From contig JAJZZN010000014.1 in the NCBI GenBank assembly GCA_021797575.1, positions 1 through 35,434 of the forward strand: DNA of 35,434 bases, in the 5' to 3' direction. Each line of letters starts with the position of its first letter. The stretch's first letter is position 1. The position numbers and the translations under genes are program-made. The notes under the pieces are model-generated. The model was not told the origin of the DNA. It saw only the letters and a list, made by a program, of their open reading frames with translations, and ran no database searches. Positions 1 through 8,130 of this stretch are shown piece by piece. Source of the stretch: Candidatus Micrarchaeota archaeon (GTDB lineage: Archaea > Micrarchaeota > Micrarchaeia > Micrarchaeales > Micrarchaeaceae).

Positions 1-2
1 CT

Positions 3-929
3 CTATCGAATAGTAATATACAGGCCCTATACAGAGAGGGTATAAATGGCAAGCCTATAAGCGATGCCGGCCTCCAGGCTTGGTATCCTCTAGATGGCAA
101 CGCGCAGGATTATGGCCCCAACAACTATGACGGTGTAGCAAACAATGTCAATTTTACCAACAGCAGCATTATTCAATCCGGTGCGCTTGATGCCTTTAAC
201 ATCAGCAAAGCAGCACTTCCAAAGTCTATTGCCTTTAATCCAAACGGCAATACTAGCATAGGCGCCTACGTCAATATACCAAACCTGGTTCCTGTAAATT
301 ATCCTGCGTTCTCTTATTTTGCATGGGTATATCCGACTTCAACAGGCAATGGGCAGTGCTGCAGGCGCATTCTAGCTACCAGCGCAGGTGATAGTGGCAC
401 CATAGAGGTATCAATGGCAGGCAATGACCAGCTTCAATTTAATGGATATAACACAAGCGGATGGACAGGCGGAGTTGGCACGGCTATGCCACTCAATACG
501 TGGAACCAGGTTGGTGCGGTATATAATGGTAGCTATTATACAGTATACCAGAACGGCGTGGCAGTATGGTCAAAGGATGTTGGCGCCCTCTCCGGGCATG
601 CTTCATCCGGTTCAATGGACATAGGCCTTACGTCTGCTTACGGGATAAGTGGCAACCAGTTCTTTGGCAACATCGCAGATGTTCAGTTTTTCAATACGGC
701 TCTTACGCCTTCGCAAGTCAAAGAACTATACTTAAATAACAGCGTAGCTGGTATATCCCCAATAGCATATCTTCCACTAAGCGGGGGATTGAATAATACC
801 TATAATGTTACCCCTGACATAACGGGCAATGGTTTTAATGGCTACCTATACGGTAACTCAACATCAAAGATGTGCAGGTCAAAGGACGTTGTAAGTGGTA
901 CTTGCAGAGCCTATTACAGCGGGATATAA
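3..929 (+). CDS. 5'-truncated secreted/surface protein, C-terminal region with LamG (concanavalin A-like lectin) jelly-roll domain
   Basis: The frame of ORF 414-929 stays open back to the window edge (pos 3), so the N-terminus lies outside the window. Translation gives ...AWYPLDGNAQDYGPNNYDGVANNVNFT..., the W-x-LDG signature of Laminin_G_3 domains. The sequence is N/G/T/S-rich like archaeal surface proteins. Stop codon at 927-929. Confidence 0.6.
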   Translation, partial: LSNSNIQALYREGINGKPISDAGLQAWYPLDGNAQDYGPNNYDGVANNVNFTNSSIIQSGALDAFNISKAALPKSIAFNPNGNTSIGAYVNIPNLVPVNYPAFSYFAWVYPTSTGNGQCCRRILATSAGDSGTIEVSMAGNDQLQFNGYNTSGWTGGVGTAMPLNTWNQVGAVYNGSYYTVYQNGVAVWSKDVGALSGHASSGSMDIGLTSAYGISGNQFFGNIADVQFFNTALTPSQVKELYLNNSVAGISPIAYLPLSGGLNNTYNVTPDITGNGFNGYLYGNSTSKMCRSKDVVSGTCRAYYSGI

Positions 930-978
930 GCCTAATCTGTAGTTTGCGATTGCAACTTTGCAGCGCTTGTCTGTGCAA

Positions 979-1971
979 TCATATGCCTCCAATGCTTGAG
1001 AATATGGTGCCTATCATGGTGCCTACCACAAAGTATATGCCCAACCCACCAAGCACGAACAAAGGAAGCCATCTGAGGCCCTTTATAGCAGATCCGCTGG
1101 ATATCGAGGACATGATCAGGCTTGCAAATCCGGTTATTGCAATTATTGCTATTAGCGAGAAATCATGGTACTGCGCAGGTGTTATCTTTGGCGGGCTTGG
1201 CTTCAGGAAAGATATGCCTGTTGTAGGCAGCCCTCCTGGGTTCTGCGCCAGTATGCCCTTCCATACAGTATCAGTAACGAGTATCATCTGGCTGGTTAGG
1301 CCGTAAAGTACAGGCGCAGCTATGAGCCCCGCAAAGGCTATGAATATGCTGTACATCAGCATCTGCCCGGCTATCTCCTTCTGCGCTATCTGCTGCGCCC
1401 TCTGGTCCCTCGATATTTGGTCTAGAAGATCGGCCATTGCGCCTCCGTACTTGAGGGATTCTATCATCATCCTTATGGAGTGCTGCAGCTGCACAGATTT
1501 GTACTTGCCTGAGAGCTCTGTCAATGCAGCTTCCATGGTCTCCCCGCTGAAAAGCTTCCTGCTCATATCCTGAACATCCTCGCTGAAGAACGAAAACTCC
1601 GGCTTGGCTGCCAGCAGCATAGCTCTATCAAGCGCTATCCCGCTCCTCAGGTTTGCTGATGCGAGCTGGAAATAGTCAGGCAGCATCTTCTCCAATTTCG
1701 TCTTTCTGCCGTCTATCCTGTACTCTATTATCATGTATATTACTGCCACGAATACGGCCCAGCCTATAACTCCCGCTGCGACACCAAGCACTGCGTTGAG
1801 CTTGATAATGATAGTAAGGACTGTAGCTATCACCATCATTATTATTATGCCGAAGAGTATCATCATCCTGAGTACTCTCTCTATGCTTATCTTCATGCCG
1901 GCAAGGTCAAGCTGTCTTGATAGATATATCACCGCCCTCCTTGAAACAAGCCTTTCGAATCTTATTGCCAT
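979..1971 (-). CDS. polytopic membrane protein with a single T2SSF (GspF/TadC/FlaJ-type) platform domain, TadC-like
   Basis: 330 aa with ATG start. Multiple hydrophobic helices. Cytoplasmic segment ...NLRSGIALDRAMLLAAKPEFSFFSEDVQDMSRKLFSGETMEAALTEL... is typical of type II secretion / type IV pilus platform F domains. Only 4 bp downstream of the preceding platform gene. Confidence 0.8.
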   Translation of the reverse strand: MAIRFERLVSRRAVIYLSRQLDLAGMKISIERVLRMMILFGIIIMMVIATVLTIIIKLNAVLGVAAGVIGWAVFVAVIYMIIEYRIDGRKTKLEKMLPDYFQLASANLRSGIALDRAMLLAAKPEFSFFSEDVQDMSRKLFSGETMEAALTELSGKYKSVQLQHSIRMMIESLKYGGAMADLLDQISRDQRAQQIAQKEIAGQMLMYSIFIAFAGLIAAPVLYGLTSQMILVTDTVWKGILAQNPGGLPTTGISFLKPSPPKITPAQYHDFSLIAIIAITGFASLIMSSISSGSAIKGLRWLPLFVLGGLGIYFVVGTMIGTIFSSIGGI

Positions 1972-1975
1972 ATAA

Positions 1976-3022
1976 TCACATCGAGAATACCGGCCTTGAC
2001 CTCTTTATCATCTGCAGGAATATCAGCTGCAGGAATATTATGCCTACCAGTGCAGCTTCAAGTATCGTTATGTTGACCGTGAAGATAGATATGAATGTCG
2101 TGAGTATGGTAACTACAGCTATGCCCATGCTGGGCAGTATTATGCCGAAGAGCATGTAGAACATGGCTATAGCGTTGAGCTTCTGCCCATAACGCCTCAT
2201 CTCTATGGTCCTTTCCTCCGCCAGCTGGTCTATTATGCTCTGCAGAGCACCAACAACATCTGCTCCAGATTTTATGCTTACGCTAGCCTGAAGCATTATC
2301 CTCTTGAAGGAATCGCTTTTTGTCTCCTCTATTGTCTGGTCAATTGCATCGACCAGCGGAGTGCCCAGCTGCACCCTCTGTACCACTTTGGCGAACTCTT
2401 TGCTGGCTTCCCCATAGCCGGTGCTGACCGAAGTGAGGGCATTGAACAGTGGCATTCCGGATCTCAGCGAAATTATGAGGTCCCTTGCTGCGAATATTAT
2501 GTCCCTTTCTATGGTCTTCGCGTTGCTCTGGCCTTTGTGCTTCGGGAACTGGAGGAACGTGTTCAGGCCCACATAGAACGCCACAACCCCAACCGCAAAG
2601 CCGAGCAGTATTGACGCACCAATGGCTATGCCTATATGCACCATCAATATTATAGTCGTTATCCCAAGGACTATAGACAGCATTATCGAGGCTATAAGCA
2701 TGCGTTTCACAAAGTCATAAAGGCTTTCCTTTATGCCTTGCTGCCTCAGAGCTGCCTCAAGACCCTTCTGCTTAGACCCAAGCTTCTCTATGTAGAGCTT
2801 CATCTTCGTCGGCTTTACTAGGTCCTTGTCGGATGTCTGCTTCTCTACCTCTTCCTTAAGTTGTTGTGAGTATGAATTGGTCGGCTGCACGCTTTTCTTC
2901 TCCTTCAGCACCTTGCCCTTTCTGGAAAACAGGCCTATCTTTTTCGGCTTGGGCTGAAGCTCTATCTCTTTTCCGTCTACGGTTATCCTCCTATTCTCCT
3001 TTTTACCTAACATCACAATCAT
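1976..3022 (-). CDS. polytopic membrane protein with a single T2SSF platform domain, TadB-like, with a ~100 aa Lys-rich cytoplasmic N-terminus
   Basis: 348 aa. Segment ...RDLIISLRSGMPLFNALTSVSTGYGEASKEFAKVVQRVQLGTPLVDAIDQTIEE... matches the T2SSF domain. Several TM helices. Its ATG (3020-3022) overlaps the stop of the upstream gene (3019-3021). Confidence 0.8.
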   Translation of the reverse strand: MIVMLGKKENRRITVDGKEIELQPKPKKIGLFSRKGKVLKEKKSVQPTNSYSQQLKEEVEKQTSDKDLVKPTKMKLYIEKLGSKQKGLEAALRQQGIKESLYDFVKRMLIASIMLSIVLGITTIILMVHIGIAIGASILLGFAVGVVAFYVGLNTFLQFPKHKGQSNAKTIERDIIFAARDLIISLRSGMPLFNALTSVSTGYGEASKEFAKVVQRVQLGTPLVDAIDQTIEETKSDSFKRIMLQASVSIKSGADVVGALQSIIDQLAEERTIEMRRYGQKLNAIAMFYMLFGIILPSMGIAVVTILTTFISIFTVNITILEAALVGIIFLQLIFLQMIKRSRPVFSM

Positions 3023-3732
3023 TTCTTGCTATTCAGGCTGCTCCTTGCAGCGGTGAGCAGTGAGATTGCCGTATTCAGCCTGTCGTCCCGAAGCGCCCAG
3101 AGTGACTGTTCTAGCTGGCTCATCGATATCCTGTTCTTTTTCAGGCGCCTCTTCTCCTGGTTAGTTACATCTGCCAGCCCATATAGCTCTTCGATTACAA
3201 CACCTATATGTTTATCGTCGAAAACATTTTCCTTCAATCCCTCCAATATCTTTTCAAGCTCTGATATCTGGTCAGCCATGGATAAATTTGGCAACACGAG
3301 ATCGCTTTCGTTTATCTTCTTTATGTCAAAGCCCTTTATCCGTGGCACATTTATCTCCCTTGTCAAGTCTGCAACTTCGGCTCCGGCTGCTGCGCTTTTG
3401 CCTGCAAGCGGCTGCTCCATTGCGGCGGTCTTCTGTGGCGTAGCAACCTGGCCCATCTGTGAATATTGGGCCTGCGTGACTCCGGCTACTTCCATATGCG
3501 GCGCAATTTTCTGCCCCTCTACTCCGCGTATAGGCTTTCTGGATTCCAGGCTGTCAATAAGGTTTACCATGTCTATGTAAGTTATTTTGCTCCCCTCGCT
3601 CTTCATATTGAATAGGGGCGACAGATCGATCGTTGAGCGCGGCGATTGCGTAGCTTTTCCCTCAAGCTCTTTCAAATATTTTACCAAATCGTCGTATGTG
3701 CTTGCTTTTGCTGTTTGCTGCTCTCCAGCCAT
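3019..3732 (-). CDS. hypothetical soluble protein (no recognisable domain) inside the pilus-like operon
   Basis: 237 aa, ATG start. No TM helix and no P-loop. Central Ala/Gln-rich low-complexity linker (...TPQKTAAMEQPLAGKSAAAGAEVADL...). Start is 14 bp downstream of the ATPase stop (3747-3749), and its stop overlaps the start of the next gene. Confidence 0.6.
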   Translation of the reverse strand: MAGEQQTAKASTYDDLVKYLKELEGKATQSPRSTIDLSPLFNMKSEGSKITYIDMVNLIDSLESRKPIRGVEGQKIAPHMEVAGVTQAQYSQMGQVATPQKTAAMEQPLAGKSAAAGAEVADLTREINVPRIKGFDIKKINESDLVLPNLSMADQISELEKILEGLKENVFDDKHIGVVIEELYGLADVTNQEKRRLKKNRISMSQLEQSLWALRDDRLNTAISLLTAARSSLNSKK

Positions 3733-3746
3733 ATGGATACACCATT

Positions 3747-5249
3747 CTACTTGAAAAGGTCCGGCGAATACTTTACCTGCTCATTGACTATATCAAATAC
3801 CTTATCCTTATTCCTATAATACTGTGCGACTACTCTTCCTGCATCATCTACATCAAGAACATTGTTGTTGGCCAACCACTGCAATATCTTCGTTTTCTTC
3901 TCTATCTCGTCCGTTATCTCGTTTTTCGTGTATCCTGCATAAAGCGATAATGTATCAGATAGCCTTGTCAAATCGCTTATCTGAGTGAAGGTATCATTCC
4001 TCATGTTCCATCTGTAGTGCACGTTCGCATCTCCGCTCCTAAGCACCTCAGCGAACTCCAGCGTCCTTCTCATGCCTTTCGCCCTGTGCCTGAACTGCGT
4101 GACTATGGCACCCAGCGCGTTTATCAATATTTTGGGTATGCCTATAGGTGGATTTGTCATCCTTATTATTGTGTCCTGCGCGTTATCTGCGTGAACAGTA
4201 CCATATACCGCATGACCAGTATGTATAGCTTCGAACAACGTCTCTGCATCCTTCTCTACCCTTATCTCCCCTACTAGGACGATGTCGGGTCTCTGCCTCA
4301 ATGAGTTTATCATCAGGTCATAGAGCTCTACTGCGCCCTTGCCCTCGGGGTTAGGCGGCCTGGTCAGCATTGGTACCCATTGGAAAAAGCTAGGAAGCGT
4401 AAGCTCCCTCGTCTCCTCCACTGATATTATCCTTCTTGTGGAAGGAAAGAATATGCTCATTGCGTTTAGGAAGCTGGTCTTTCCGCTCGCCGTTCCTCCT
4501 GATACCAGAAGGCTTATCTCGTTCTCTACGCATAACCATATCAGCGCTGCAATTGATGCGTCCACAGTGTGGTTCTTTATCAAAGCTGGCATCGTCCAAG
4601 GGTTCTTCGCGAACTTCCTTATAGTTATTGTATTGCCGTTTTGTGATACCGGATACAGCGTCGCATTGACTCTAGAGCCATCTAGGAGCTCCGCGTCCAT
4701 GAGAGGCGCAAGGTTGTTTATCTCCCTTCCGACGCCTCTGCCTATCTGCTCAGCCTGGTTATATATTGCCTCTTCGCTCTCGGGCTTTATGTTGGTCTTG
4801 CACCATCCGAACGTCTTATGGAAGACCCATATATTTGTCGTGGAGCCGTTTACTGTTATCTCCTCAAGGTTATCATCTGCCAGTAGCGCCTCGAGGTCGC
4901 CCAGGCCAAGCATCATATTTATTATGTATGAAGTAAGGATGCGCTTAGTCTCGTCGCTGGTGTTAGGCAAGTACTTGTCTATCAGTATGCTGCTTGCCTC
5001 TATGTACTTGTTGTGCACCTCTTCCATGTACTCTGTTTCGTTGAGCCTGCTAGGATCCAGTGGTACCAACGACACCAGGTCGCTTCGCAGCGACATTATG
5101 AGCATCTTCGTAGCCTGGCCTATGCCCGGGAAGGTCACCTCATATATGGGTGCGAAGTCCTGCGAAGTGTAAATTCGCACATTAACCTCTGTTCCGTGCG
5201 CGTCAAGCTTGTAGGTACCGAGAATGTTTATCTGGTCATCTTCAGCCAT
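3747..5249 (-). CDS. type IV pilus/archaellum assembly ATPase of the FlaI/TadA/GspE secretion-ATPase superfamily
   Basis: 500 aa. Walker A LLVSGGTASGKTSFLNAM. Downstream Asp box / Walker B region ...RQRPDIVLVGEIRVEKDAETLFEAIHTGHAVYGTVHADN... and His box, which are diagnostic of VirB11/GspE-type hexameric ATPases. N-terminal ...PIYEVTFP... resembles FlaI. Confidence 0.9.
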   Translation of the reverse strand: MAEDDQINILGTYKLDAHGTEVNVRIYTSQDFAPIYEVTFPGIGQATKMLIMSLRSDLVSLVPLDPSRLNETEYMEEVHNKYIEASSILIDKYLPNTSDETKRILTSYIINMMLGLGDLEALLADDNLEEITVNGSTTNIWVFHKTFGWCKTNIKPESEEAIYNQAEQIGRGVGREINNLAPLMDAELLDGSRVNATLYPVSQNGNTITIRKFAKNPWTMPALIKNHTVDASIAALIWLCVENEISLLVSGGTASGKTSFLNAMSIFFPSTRRIISVEETRELTLPSFFQWVPMLTRPPNPEGKGAVELYDLMINSLRQRPDIVLVGEIRVEKDAETLFEAIHTGHAVYGTVHADNAQDTIIRMTNPPIGIPKILINALGAIVTQFRHRAKGMRRTLEFAEVLRSGDANVHYRWNMRNDTFTQISDLTRLSDTLSLYAGYTKNEITDEIEKKTKILQWLANNNVLDVDDAGRVVAQYYRNKDKVFDIVNEQVKYSPDLFK

Positions 5250-5258
5250 TCAACTACC

Positions 5259-6653
5259 CTATTTCTTAGAAGGTTTGCCCTTCCCCTGCTTCTTGCTGGA
5301 GCTTTGATTCTTGTCTGTTCCGAACTTCTGCAGGTCTGATTCGAGAGTGTCATTCATAGTTACTATGCTCTCATCTATGTTTGCCGAGATCTTGCCAATC
5401 TCATCAAGTTTGCTGGATTTTTCCGCTATGTTCATGTTGCCCTTGGCCAGCAGCTTTATGCCCTCCTGCATCTTCTGCAGGTTGTCATGCGTTTCAGCTA
5501 CTTTTGCCTTCATTTCTTCCACATCCTTCTGTATGCCGAGCAGCGTATCATATATATTTGCAGCCTCGCCGAAATTGTTTTTGAGGTTAAGTATGTCTGT
5601 CATTATGCCCTTCGAGCTGCGCTCCAGCACCTCCATGTCATTCGACACTATGCTGTAACTCTTGCTGTACTTGTCGCTGAACTCCTTCACTGCCTCGTTG
5701 AGCGCCTTCTTCTCCTTGTCCTTCTCCTTCTTGAAGTCGCTGACCTGCTTGAGCAGGTCCTTTGAAACCTTCAGTTGTTCTGTAAGCCCCTGGTTGTACT
5801 CCTTGACTACCTGCTCCTGCTTCTTCAACTCCTCATCCATCTCCTTGCTGCTATTCTCGAGATCCTGCCGCAGCTTCTTGAATTGATTATCGAGGTCAGA
5901 CTTGAGAGATGCTATAGCTTTCTCCTTTTCTGTGCGCGCTGCTTTCAGCTTCTCGTCGGTGCTTCCGCTTCCTTTGAGAATACCCTCTACTTTCGATATG
6001 GAATCGTTGAGCTTTGAACTGAGATCTCCCGAATCCAAATAATCGAGCTTCTTAAGCATGTCGGAGACCTTGTTGTTTATGTTCTCATACGTCTTCTCGA
6101 GATTGGTCTTCATCTCGCCGACTATGTTATTCTCCTTCTCTACCTGCTCATACACCTTATTTATCTCGTTCAACCTGCTCTGCAGCTCAGGCATCTTCTC
6201 TGAATAGATCTTGTTGGCGCTCAGAGCCGTTGCCCTCAGGTTGTCGAGCATCTCTGAAAGCTTCTGCAACTCCAGCAGCTTCGCCTCGGCATCCGTGGCC
6301 AGTGACGATTGCTGTACCTCAAGCTTGGCATTTATCGTCTTTGCGTCCCCCTTCTGCGTTGCTGGCTCGACGAACATCTTTCCTACTTCGTACTTGACCG
6401 TTATCAATCCGCTCTTCTCCAATATCTTTGCCCAATTCTCTACTATGCTGGGCGCGACTCCGAGCTGACTAGCTACGCTATTAATATCCATCCTGCCTTT
6501 TGTATTTATCAAATCCAGAAGGCTGTCTATGCTAGTCCTAGTCTGATCGTCCGCTATAAAAACACCTAGTCTATAATCTACATTAAACTTTAAATAGTAT
6601 CCGTTATCATAAGTCACCAAAATATCATACCAGTTCCATTCATGCAGCGACAA
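5259..6653 (-). CDS. winged-helix (wHTH) N-terminal domain protein with ~330 aa coiled-coil region and Lys-rich C-terminal tail; first gene of the pilus-like operon
   Basis: 464 aa with a TTG start at 6651-6653; the first in-frame ATG is at residue 55. N-terminal ...MDINSVASQLGVAPSIVENWAKILEKSGLITVKYEVGKMFV... is a TrmB/MarR-like wHTH. The remainder is K/E/L/N-rich heptad-like sequence ending KKQGKGKPSKK. Stop lies 9 bp before the ATPase start. Confidence 0.7.
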   Translation of the reverse strand: MSLHEWNWYDILVTYDNGYYLKFNVDYRLGVFIADDQTRTSIDSLLDLINTKGRMDINSVASQLGVAPSIVENWAKILEKSGLITVKYEVGKMFVEPATQKGDAKTINAKLEVQQSSLATDAEAKLLELQKLSEMLDNLRATALSANKIYSEKMPELQSRLNEINKVYEQVEKENNIVGEMKTNLEKTYENINNKVSDMLKKLDYLDSGDLSSKLNDSISKVEGILKGSGSTDEKLKAARTEKEKAIASLKSDLDNQFKKLRQDLENSSKEMDEELKKQEQVVKEYNQGLTEQLKVSKDLLKQVSDFKKEKDKEKKALNEAVKEFSDKYSKSYSIVSNDMEVLERSSKGIMTDILNLKNNFGEAANIYDTLLGIQKDVEEMKAKVAETHDNLQKMQEGIKLLAKGNMNIAEKSSKLDEIGKISANIDESIVTMNDTLESDLQKFGTDKNQSSSKKQGKGKPSKK

Positions 6654-6686
6654 ACTTTATCCTAGTAAAACATATCTGCTGATAGC

Positions 6687-6730
6687 TTTAAATACTATTG
6701 GTTTAAAAGTAAAATAGTTTATTAATAAAC
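6687..6730. promoter_or_regulatory. divergent promoter region with TATA-like TTTAAATA (6687-6694) and perfect 14-bp palindrome GTTTATTAATAAAC (6717-6730), candidate operator
   Basis: The TATA-like box is 34-41 bp upstream of the minus-strand operon start (6653). The palindrome sits ~38-51 bp upstream of the PadR-like gene ATG (6768). It is self-complementary over all 14 positions. Confidence 0.4.
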
Positions 6731-6767
6731 TATAATCTCCTAAATCAAATTCGGCAAGGAAGATTCA

Positions 6768-7130
6768 ATGGTTATCCATGGGTCTAAAGGAACGAAAAGC
6801 AGCTACATGACCAAGGACATGTACACTACAATAGTCAAGATAATAATACTTGCAAATATAAGGATGCGAAAAACTTACTCGTACGCGCTCATCAACGAAG
6901 TTTATACAAAATTCTCTTCATTGCCGATTCAGAAGGAGGCATTGAAGAATGATGTGTACAACATTACGAAGTCGTTCCTGCGCGCTGGCTACATCAAGGT
7001 TAAGACTGTGAAGGAAGGGTCTAGGGTAAAAAAGTACTATACAATAACACCAAAAGGCGTGGAGGCGCTTATGGAGACCAAGCGCGTGCTCAAGAACGCC
7101 ATGGGAGAGATAATAAAGATCATGCCGTGA
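6768..7130 (+). CDS. PadR-family winged-helix transcriptional regulator
   Basis: 120 aa. wHTH segment ...YSYALINEVYTKFSSLPIQKEALKNDVYNITKSFLRAGYIKVKTV...YYTITPKGVEAL... follows the PadR pattern, including the ITPKG wing motif. It is the first gene of a tightly spaced operon with an ABC exporter. Confidence 0.65.
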   Translation: MVIHGSKGTKSSYMTKDMYTTIVKIIILANIRMRKTYSYALINEVYTKFSSLPIQKEALKNDVYNITKSFLRAGYIKVKTVKEGSRVKKYYTITPKGVEALMETKRVLKNAMGEIIKIMP

Positions 7131-7136
7131 CGATAC

Positions 7137-8126
7137 ATGAAGGGCATAATAGAGATAGATAATCTGGTGAGGAGATTCGGGGATTTCACTGCCGTGGACA
7201 AGGTCAGCATCAGCATAGAGAAGGGGCAGATATTCGGAATACTGGGGCCCAACGGGGCAGGCAAGACCACCACGATAAACATGATACTCGGGTTATTGGA
7301 GCCTACTTCTGGGTCAATAACGGTCAACGGCCTAAATGTGTCAAAGCATCCTAACGAGGTAAAGCAGATGACCGGCCTGATGACCCAGGAGACTATAGTG
7401 GATTCGGAGTTGACTGCAGCTCAGAACTTAGAAATAGCTGCCAGGCTGTATCATCTATCCTCGGATGAGAGGGAGTCTGCAATCAAGGAGGCATTGAAAG
7501 AGGCTGAACTCACGGATTTCGCTGATGCCAAGGCAGGCTCATTGTCTGGGGGCATGAAGAGGCGTTTGTACCTGGTAAAGACTATGATACAGAAGCCAGA
7601 CATACTGATACTTGACGAGCCGACTACAGGTCTTGACGTGCAGAACAGGGTACAGATGTGGGACCACATAAGGGCGCTGCAGCAGCGCGGCATAACTATC
7701 GTGCTGACGACTCAGTACCTGGAAGAAGCCGACCAGCTGTGCAACAGGATAGCGGTAATCGACCATGGCAAGGTGGTGGCTACGGGCACGCCCACCGAAC
7801 TGAAGAGGCTCGTTTCTAGCGGTAGGGTGATGGAAGTCATAACTTCTCTGGAAGAAGCGCAGAAAGTGGCGGATTTCCTCAAGAAGAAGTTTAAGCTGGA
7901 CATCAAGGTGCTTGGAGAGAAACTTGAATGCTTCCTGGAGAAGGATCCGGTGGACACCTTCGGCAAGGTTCTTGACGGCCTCGTGAAGGCGAAGATGCCG
8001 ATAATATCAATAAGCATGCATCTGCCCACTATGGATGACGTATTCATAAAGCTGACTGGCTCATCCATGCGCGACGCGGTTGGCACGCAGGTGTCGGACC
8101 GCTCAAATATAATGCTAAAAAGATGA
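7137..8126 (+). CDS. ABC transporter ATP-binding protein (ABC-2/DrrA-like exporter ATPase)
   Basis: Walker A GPNGAGKTT. ABC signature LSGGMKRRL. Walker B ILILDEPTTGLD. H-loop region present. 329 aa with a C-terminal extension, as in DrrA-type ATPases. Confidence 0.95.
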   Translation: MKGIIEIDNLVRRFGDFTAVDKVSISIEKGQIFGILGPNGAGKTTTINMILGLLEPTSGSITVNGLNVSKHPNEVKQMTGLMTQETIVDSELTAAQNLEIAARLYHLSSDERESAIKEALKEAELTDFADAKAGSLSGGMKRRLYLVKTMIQKPDILILDEPTTGLDVQNRVQMWDHIRALQQRGITIVLTTQYLEEADQLCNRIAVIDHGKVVATGTPTELKRLVSSGRVMEVITSLEEAQKVADFLKKKFKLDIKVLGEKLECFLEKDPVDTFGKVLDGLVKAKMPIISISMHLPTMDDVFIKLTGSSMRDAVGTQVSDRSNIMLKR

Positions 8127-8130
8127 ATAG

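Noticed and set aside
4339-5172. 277-aa plus-strand ORF inside the ATPase gene
   Set aside because: It lies opposite the FlaI/TadA-like gene, which has unambiguous Walker A/B and His-box motifs. The composition is Ser/Leu-rich and shadow-like.
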